DNA from: Candidatus Micrarchaeota archaeon
Lineage (GTDB): Archaea > Micrarchaeota > Micrarchaeia > Anstonellales > Bilamarchaeaceae
Direction of reading: 5' to 3'
NCBI GenBank assembly: GCA_037440825.1
Contig: JBBITJ010000007.1
Span: 1-12,148 of the forward strand
Length of the DNA stretch: 12,148 nt
The notes under the pieces are model-generated. The model was not told the DNA's origin. It saw only the letters and a list, made by a program, of their open reading frames with translations, and made no database searches. This document shows, piece after piece, positions 1 through 5,419 of the stretch. Both the position numbers and the translations under genes were made by a program. Position 1 is the stretch's first letter. Each line of letters begins with the position of its first letter.

Positions 1-1
1 T

Positions 2-79
2 GCTAATGCAGGTGATTTTGTGGAAGAAGCGAAAAATGACGCTGATAAGAGGAAGGCGGGCGGAACGTGCGGAAGGTGA
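2..79 (+). CDS. Possible 3' end of an upstream gene (partial, ...ANAGDFVEEAKNDADKRKAGGTCGR*)
   Basis: Frame 2 is open from the window edge to TGA 77-79. That stop overlaps the AGGTGAT SD of the next gene, as in the coupled junctions at 11883-11888 and 12088-12093. Too short to identify. Confidence 0.4.
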   Translation, partial: ANAGDFVEEAKNDADKRKAGGTCGR

Positions 80-83
80 TGCG

Positions 84-359
84 ATGACGATGAAAGAGGT
101 AACGGTAATTACGAAAGGGATGACCTGCGCGTCGTGCGAGCGCACCATATCGAATGCGCTCAAGAAGGTGGATGGCATAAAGGATGCGAGAGCTGATTAT
201 GCCACCGAAACCACGAAAATAACGTACGACGGATCCAAGGTCGACATGGACAAGATAAAGGAGGCCGTGGAATCCGTGGGCTACGATTTCGGCGGCGAGG
301 CCAAGGGCGGAGGCAAGAAAGGGGAGAAGGACGGATTCAAGTTCCCCTTCTTCAAGTAG
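84..359 (+). CDS. Heavy-metal-associated (HMA, CopZ-like) metal chaperone
   Basis: GMTCASC metal-binding motif and the C-terminal 'AVESVGY' typical of HMA domains. SD AGGTGAT at 74-80 favours ATG 84 (or 90) over the ORF-track start at 6. Confidence 0.9.
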   Translation: MTMKEVTVITKGMTCASCERTISNALKKVDGIKDARADYATETTKITYDGSKVDMDKIKEAVESVGYDFGGEAKGGGKKGEKDGFKFPFFK

Positions 360-368
360 CGTGATTCC

Positions 369-1532
369 ATGGAGCATCAGAACACCGGGCACGGAGGCCA
401 GGAGAAGGGCAAAATCCCCTATGGCCTGCTTTTCTTGTTTATCGGGGTAGCCGCGATTTCATACGTGTTCTTCGCTTACGGCAAGAGCGCGGAAAGGCTG
501 TCGCTTACGGGCGACATTTCGCTTCTCCTGCTGTTCGCGTTCGGGCTCGTGACAGGGCTGCACTGCGTGGGCATGTGCGGCAGCTTCGTCGTGGCATATT
601 CGTCCAAGAAGGAAGGCGGGATATCGCAGGATCGGGCTTCGCATCTGAAATACGGCGCGGGCAAGCTCATCTCATACACCGTCATCGGAGGCATATTCGG
701 GCTCATAGGCTCAGTGATATCTTTCAGTTCGGAGATACGGGGTGCGATAGGCGTGCTCGCAGGGCTCTTCCTGATAATCTACGGGCTGAACATGCTCAAC
801 ATCTTCCCCGTGCTCAGGAAGCTCCAGCTCAGGCTGCCTTCGTTCGCGAACATGGAGAACCAACAGGAAGGGAAGGGACCGTTCGTGATAGGCCTTGCGA
901 ACGGCTTGTTCCTCGCGTGCGGGCCTTTGCAGGCTATGTACATCTACGCCGCAGGCACCGGGAGCGCGATAAACGGCGCGCTCGCGCTGCTGGCATTCGG
1001 AGCAGGAACGCTGCCGTTCATGATGCTGTTCGGGTTCAGCCTAAGCAGCCTCGCCACGCACCTCCACAAGATAATCAAGTTCTCCGGCGCTCTGGTCGTA
1101 GTCTTGGGACTGATAATGGCCAACACGGGTCTGACGATGCTGGGCCACGGCATAGACCTGTTTCCCAAGGAGGCGGGCACTGGCACGCTGACCAATTCCA
1201 CTTCCACAGAGCAGGTGCAGACCATAAGGATGGTGGTGAACGACGCTGACTGGACTCCGGATACATTCAACCTCCAGAAGGGCGTGAAGGTGCACTGGGT
1301 CATAGATGCGGTGAAGCTATCCTCGTGCGGCGGGGAGATGATATTCCCGAACTACGTGCAGTACATGAAGATAGACGGACCGCTGCCTAGCAACGTCTGG
1401 GTGGAGGGAAACACGCTGCACATCAAGCCGAACCTGGGCGAAAACGTGCTGGAATTCACGCCTACTGCTGCAGGCACATGGTCCTGGAGCTGCTGGATGG
1501 GGATGATTCCCGGAACGTTCGTCGTGAAATGA
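369..1532 (+). CDS. DsbD_2 / TauE-SafE-like polytopic membrane protein with C-terminal cupredoxin-like domain
   Basis: About 7 hydrophobic segments with the HCVGMCG and LACGPLQAM motifs of this family. The soluble tail has SSCGG...EFTP...WSCWMGM. It lies 9 nt downstream of the HMA gene. Confidence 0.85.
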   Translation: MEHQNTGHGGQEKGKIPYGLLFLFIGVAAISYVFFAYGKSAERLSLTGDISLLLLFAFGLVTGLHCVGMCGSFVVAYSSKKEGGISQDRASHLKYGAGKLISYTVIGGIFGLIGSVISFSSEIRGAIGVLAGLFLIIYGLNMLNIFPVLRKLQLRLPSFANMENQQEGKGPFVIGLANGLFLACGPLQAMYIYAAGTGSAINGALALLAFGAGTLPFMMLFGFSLSSLATHLHKIIKFSGALVVVLGLIMANTGLTMLGHGIDLFPKEAGTGTLTNSTSTEQVQTIRMVVNDADWTPDTFNLQKGVKVHWVIDAVKLSSCGGEMIFPNYVQYMKIDGPLPSNVWVEGNTLHIKPNLGENVLEFTPTAAGTWSWSCWMGMIPGTFVVK

Positions 1533-1536
1533 TGCG

Positions 1537-2427
1537 CTAGAGGTTGCCCACTTCCAGCAGCAGCTCTTCCATATTTTTCGTTTTTGCTATCCTTCCCCTG
1601 AATTCCGAGATGTTGGGAATCGCACGGAACATCTCGAAAGCCTTGAGCCTGCAGTCGAACAGCCCGGCTCCGCCGTATTTTTCCGCGAATTTCACGTATT
1701 CGAAGAACATTTTCTTCTTCTCTTCCTTGGTTTCCGGCTCCTTCCCTGAGAATACGAGAGGATTCTGTATGGCAGCCCTTCCTATCATGAATGAGTCGCA
1801 GTATCCTTCCTTCACGAGCTTCTTGCCCTGCGCGAGCGTTTTTATGTCGCCGTTGCCCACAACCGGAATGTCCGAAGCTTCCTTCACGGTTTTTATCGCG
1901 CCCCAATTAGCTGTTCCGGAATAGCCCTGCTTCGCAGTCCTGCCGTGCACGGCGATGAAATCCGCTTCCTGAGCGCACTCCGTAAATTCCAGCGTCTTTT
2001 CCATGGTGGGTGCGAGCCTCATCTTCACCGAAATAGGGAAATCGGTTTTTCTTAGCGCAGCCACTATTTCGCCTATAAGTTTCGGCTTCTCCAGCAAAGC
2101 CGCGCCTCCCCCTGTACCAAATGCGTTGCGCGAAGGGCAGCCCGCGTTCACGTCGAGCCATTTCACGTACGGGAAGCCGCCTGCGATTATCCGGGCCGAG
2201 GCGAGGAACTCTTCGGGCCTGGAGCCTATTAGCTGCACCCCCAGGAATTTTTCCTCTCCGCTGATTTCTATTTTCAGCTGTTCCAGCCTTTTCGTGCTCT
2301 GTGAAAGCGCTGAAACCGAGACAAGCGGCGCAATCGTTGCCTTGCACCCGTGCTTCTGCGCCATCATCCTGAGCGGAAGCGTGGTGTATTCGTGGAGCGG
2401 CGCGAGGTAGTGCGGCTTCAGCCTCAT
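1537..2427 (-). CDS. tRNA-dihydrouridine synthase (Dus family, FMN TIM barrel)
   Basis: Motifs YLAP, VQLIG, DVNAGCP (catalytic Cys), GGGAALL, SVKMR, VHGRT, GNGDI and MIGRAA. Start placed at ATG 2427 because it forms an ATGA overlap with the upstream stop (2424-2426); the alternative start is 2436. Confidence 0.92.
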   Translation of the reverse strand: MRLKPHYLAPLHEYTTLPLRMMAQKHGCKATIAPLVSVSALSQSTKRLEQLKIEISGEEKFLGVQLIGSRPEEFLASARIIAGGFPYVKWLDVNAGCPSRNAFGTGGGAALLEKPKLIGEIVAALRKTDFPISVKMRLAPTMEKTLEFTECAQEADFIAVHGRTAKQGYSGTANWGAIKTVKEASDIPVVGNGDIKTLAQGKKLVKEGYCDSFMIGRAAIQNPLVFSGKEPETKEEKKKMFFEYVKFAEKYGGAGLFDCRLKAFEMFRAIPNISEFRGRIAKTKNMEELLLEVGNL

Positions 2428-2816
2428 CTCATCCACTCCGCATTGCGTGCGAGCCTCTTTTTCCGCGCATCGTCAAGCGAAAGCCACGCGTATCCGAGCC
2501 CCGCGGCTGGTTTTGCGAACGCGTTCTTCGCAGTCGCCCTGAACACAAGCGCCGGAATCCATTTCTTGAATCTGCGCGTGCCGGAGTTGTGCCTCGCTTC
2601 GTGGATCACTTCGTGCACCTGCGCGTCTATCCCCAGTTGGATCGAGAAAACGTCCTTGAGCGCGGACACTGGGTCAGAGCTCTGCGGAATCACGGCGCAC
2701 GGAAGCTCGAATTCCTCGCTTTCGTTGCGCGTCCGCTTAACGAACAGATATCTTCCCCTGTCCTCAAGCGCCCCGATGACGAGCACTGACGGCTTGGGCA
2801 TAGGCCTGATTTTCAT
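2424..2816 (-). CDS. Nudix-fold protein with degenerate Nudix box
   Basis: The layout VLVIGALEDRGRYLFVKR...FELP...QLGI...YAWLSLDD matches the Nudix fold. The GX5EX7REUXEEXGU box reads CAVIPQSSDPVSALKDVFSIQLGI, without the catalytic Glu residues. Confidence 0.75.
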   Translation of the reverse strand: MKIRPMPKPSVLVIGALEDRGRYLFVKRTRNESEEFELPCAVIPQSSDPVSALKDVFSIQLGIDAQVHEVIHEARHNSGTRRFKKWIPALVFRATAKNAFAKPAAGLGYAWLSLDDARKKRLARNAEWMR

Positions 2817-2832
2817 GGAAAAACTAGTCCCG

Positions 2833-3570
2833 TTATTTCTTCTCCCTGAGGGCGAGCTCCTTGTCCACGAGCTCGTCGAGCACGTCCATCGGGATGTACC
2901 TCCTCCCGGCTATCTTCACATGCGGAACCCTGTTCCTATCCAGCCTCCTTTCGAATGCGTTCCTCTTTATCCCTATTCCGGACTTGTGGAGCTGCCCTAT
3001 TGCCTGGCTCACCGTGTAATAGTTTTTCGCCACGTGCGTGAGCGCGTCCACCGCGTCGTGCGGTATGAGGCGCTTGGTCCCGATTTTAACGGAAGGTATG
3101 GATTTCTTCTCCACTCTCCCTATGAATGCGCGGTAGTTGATCTTCGGGTTGAATTTTCTGTATACCTCGAAGGCGTCCTTCACGGAATAGAAGTCGTCCC
3201 TGATGTTCATCATCGTGTTGAGCGCGTCTATCGGTATGTACCTCTTCTTCCCCACCTTTATAGAAGTTATGGTTCCCCTCTCCACGCGGCCTCCGAATGC
3301 GCGGAAGGATATGTCGAAGCCGTTCTGCCTCAAGAGCTCGTATGCGCCTTGGATGGTGTAAAGACCCTTCTTCTCGAGCGCGTCCTCGTTGAGTTCCTTT
3401 TTCTGGTAGAGCTTCTGCGCCTCGTTGAAGATGTTCGCCAACGAAGATGATATCGAGCTCTGCCTCTCCTCGTACGAGTGGGTTATCTTGTCAAGGTTTA
3501 TGTTCTTGAGCTTGTCAACGTATTCGTCGTCAATCTTCCGGTCTATTATGATTTTTTTTCCTCTTGGCAT
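2833..3570 (-). CDS. DNA-binding protein with three tandem excisionase/BldC-like (HTH_17, MerR-type wHTH) repeats
   Basis: Three 57-aa repeats Y[TS]xxxA...RAF/NAF..R.[ED]...[IV]..[IV]K[VI]...R.IP...[LV]. ATG 3570 is preceded by a GGTGG SD; the ORF-track GTG 3606 is less likely. Confidence 0.85.
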   Translation of the reverse strand: MPRGKKIIIDRKIDDEYVDKLKNINLDKITHSYEERQSSISSSLANIFNEAQKLYQKKELNEDALEKKGLYTIQGAYELLRQNGFDISFRAFGGRVERGTITSIKVGKKRYIPIDALNTMMNIRDDFYSVKDAFEVYRKFNPKINYRAFIGRVEKKSIPSVKIGTKRLIPHDAVDALTHVAKNYYTVSQAIGQLHKSGIGIKRNAFERRLDRNRVPHVKIAGRRYIPMDVLDELVDKELALREKK

Positions 3571-3614
3571 GGGGAACCACCGTTTTCCTGAACTATAAAA
3601 TTCCACAGTTTTAC

Positions 3615-3655
3615 ATTATTGACCTATCAATTATTACTATGAGCACATTTATAAA
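3615..3655 (-). promoter_or_regulatory. Putative promoter (TATA TTTATAAA 3648-3655) plus imperfect inverted repeat (3615-3634) for the wHTH-Nudix-dus cluster
   Basis: AT-rich gap with TTTATAAA about 80 nt upstream of ATG 3570. ATTATTGA-ccta-TCAATTAT sits where transcription would start. Confidence 0.5.
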
Positions 3656-3657
3656 CA

Positions 3658-4920
3658 TTACTGGGATTCGCCGAACTTTTCACGAATGTAATTCACCACT
3701 ATCAGCAGCACTATTATACCCACGCCTATACCTATTATCGTGAGCGGATCTATGGATATCCCGCCGCCTTCCCCTCCTTGCTGGCCGTTCGTCTCCCCTC
3801 CCGAGGGCTCCTCGCCGCTATCCGTAACATGCTTCATGGAGAAATAGCCTCGGATGCTCTTTATATTGCCGCTGTTGTCCATCACGTCGACGAACAGCTC
3901 CACCACGCCGTCCGTGTCCTCGTTCACCAGGTACGCCTCGAAGAGGTTCGCGTCCTTCACGAACACCGGCGCCACGAATTCCTTCCCGCCTGTGGAGTAC
4001 TCGACCTTTATCCCGTCCGGCGCTATCCCGCTCGCCCTGTCCTCCGCGTCCACTATGTTGAGCACGAGCACTATCCTGCCATCGTCGTTCTTGAGCTCCA
4101 TGCTGAGTATGGTCGGTGCATGGACGTCGTATATAACGAAATACGTCTGCTGCACCGCAAGGTCCGTGTCCAGAGTTTCCTCGACCCCGTTGTAGATTGC
4201 CTTTATTCGCGGCTTGCTTGTGAAGAGCTTGCGCAGCACCAGCGTTCCGTTCGCATCCACCTCGTACGGCAGGCCGTCCACCGTGAGCGAGGCATTCAGG
4301 GGATCTCCGTTGTCGTTGACCACGTATATGTAAAGGTCGTAGAGCGGGATCTGGAAAGTGTAATTCGTGTCGTTCTGGAAATCTATGCTGCGCACAAGCA
4401 CGCTGTTGCCGTACCTGAGCGTGATGTTCATCGGGCCCTTTCCAAGCACCATGGTCGCGCTGCCGTCGCTCCGCGTGGTCGCATTCATGCTCCTCGCGCT
4501 TATGGTGCCGCCCTGGAGCACGTTGCCATTGTTGTCCATCACCTTGACGAACAGGATGTATGCGTCGAGCTTCATGTCTACTGTGGGGCCGTGCTGGTCC
4601 ACCCTGACTTTTTTCTCGAGCTTCTGGTTGTCGTAGGCGGCGATTATGGTGTACTCGCAATCCACCCTTTCATCCAGTACCTCCTGGTTGAGGAACGTGA
4701 AAGAAGTTAGGCCGTTGGAATCCGTTATGTGCGGCAGGGTCGTCGCATATCCTTTGCTGGTCGTGGAATCGACCTGGTATGTGACCTGGACGCTCGCGTT
4801 AGGGAGAGCCCGTCCCATGCCGTCTATGACCTGCACCACCACCGTCTCCTCGAATCCCGCTTTGCATTCCGCTGCGAAAAGGAACGGCGCGAGCAGCAGG
4901 AGGAACAGCGCAACTCTCAT
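3658..4920 (-). CDS. Type-I membrane-anchored surface protein with repeated beta-sandwich (carboxypeptidase-regulatory/Ig-like) domains
   Basis: Signal peptide MRVALFLLLLAPFLFA. Three V.V.D..G..L-type domain starts (VQVIDGMGRALPNA, VKVMDNNGNVLQGG, IYVVNDNGDPLNA). A DVHAPTI...VMDNSGN Ig-like domain, a Gly-rich linker, a C-terminal TM helix with a short charged tail, and 7 N-x-S/T sequons. Start placed at ATG 4920 rather than 5073. Confidence 0.8.
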   Translation of the reverse strand: MRVALFLLLLAPFLFAAECKAGFEETVVVQVIDGMGRALPNASVQVTYQVDSTTSKGYATTLPHITDSNGLTSFTFLNQEVLDERVDCEYTIIAAYDNQKLEKKVRVDQHGPTVDMKLDAYILFVKVMDNNGNVLQGGTISARSMNATTRSDGSATMVLGKGPMNITLRYGNSVLVRSIDFQNDTNYTFQIPLYDLYIYVVNDNGDPLNASLTVDGLPYEVDANGTLVLRKLFTSKPRIKAIYNGVEETLDTDLAVQQTYFVIYDVHAPTILSMELKNDDGRIVLVLNIVDAEDRASGIAPDGIKVEYSTGGKEFVAPVFVKDANLFEAYLVNEDTDGVVELFVDVMDNSGNIKSIRGYFSMKHVTDSGEEPSGGETNGQQGGEGGGISIDPLTIIGIGVGIIVLLIVVNYIREKFGESQ

Positions 4921-4950
4921 GTTTTCCACGGCTTCAATATATTGTAGAAA

Positions 4951-5016
4951 ATTTAAAAACCGAACTAGCCCCTCTGAGAGGGCTGAAAGTGGGGTTCTGT
5001 GACAATCGTTTAAAAA
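4951..5016. promoter_or_regulatory. Divergent promoter region: two TATA-like boxes flanking a GC-rich inverted repeat
   Basis: Minus-strand TTTTTAAAT at 4951-4959 lies about 30 nt upstream of ATG 4920. Plus-strand TTTAAAAA at 5009-5016 precedes SD GAGGTGA 5052-5058. AGCC(C)CTC-tga-GAG-GGCT lies at 4967-4984 between them. Confidence 0.5.
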
Positions 5017-5160
5017 CATTTCCGTGCATAGAATCCATATCAATAGCAAACGAGGTGAAAGTTGTGAACGCAACCAAAGGGTGTTTGGAAATCTAATAGT
5101 GGATTAGCAGCAGCTAGTTTTAGTTATCTGAAAAAAAGAGGGCGCCCAAATTCTGTCGGA

Positions 5161-5313
5161 ATGTTCGAAGCGAAAAAGATGCGCGAGTTGTACCTCTACG
5201 AGCGCTACTCGCTGCGCCAACTGGCTTCGATGTTCAACGTCTCCCGCATGACCGTGTGGAGGGCCGTGTGGACCGGCTTCGAGTTTCCAGCCAAAAGGAT
5301 GAACGCGCGGTGA
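5161..5313 (+). CDS. Small resolvase/Hin-type helix-turn-helix protein (start uncertain; frame open from 5068)
   Basis: Not in the ORF track. It translates as (KKRGRPNSVG)MFEAKKMRELYLYERYSLRQLASMFNVSRMTVWRAVWTGFEFPAKRMNAR*. The GRP arm plus SLRQLASMFNVSRMTVWRAV is a typical HTH_7-like pattern. Confidence 0.75.
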   Translation: MFEAKKMRELYLYERYSLRQLASMFNVSRMTVWRAVWTGFEFPAKRMNAR

Positions 5314-5385
5314 GCAGGAAGCTCGCAACCGGCGCTGGCGCAATGCTTTCGACGGATTATCCTTACGAGGCAGCATACTAAGCGA

Positions 5386-5419
5386 GGAAAAGAGGCGCTG
5401 TCTCACACCTTTGAGCGTC
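5386..5419 (-). terminator. Possible terminator after gyrA
   Basis: On the minus strand, GACGCT-N14-AGCGCC is followed by TCTTTTCC immediately after the gyrA stop. Confidence 0.3.

Noticed and set aside
6..83. N-terminal extension of the HMA ORF from ATG 6
   Set aside because: The SD at 74-80 and the domain boundary favour ATG 84/90, and this stretch probably encodes the tail of an upstream gene in another frame.
2350..3450. 366-aa plus-strand ORF
   Set aside because: Antisense shadow of the Nudix and wHTH3 genes, with no recognisable motifs.
3778..4710. 310-aa plus-strand and 280-aa alternate-frame ORFs
   Set aside because: Shadows of the surface-protein gene arising from GC-rich codon usage.
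4921..5073. 51-aa N-terminal extension of the surface protein in the ORF track
   Set aside because: It runs through promoter elements, and the signal peptide begins at ATG 4920.
5252..5272. 9-bp tandem repeat CCGTGTGGA x2
   Set aside because: Explained by the coding sequence TVWR/AVWT and too short to be significant.
2833..5313. Integrated mobile element suggested by excisionase-like and resolvase-like HTH genes
   Set aside because: No integrase, transposase, recombinase catalytic domain or terminal repeats, and the neighbours are housekeeping genes.
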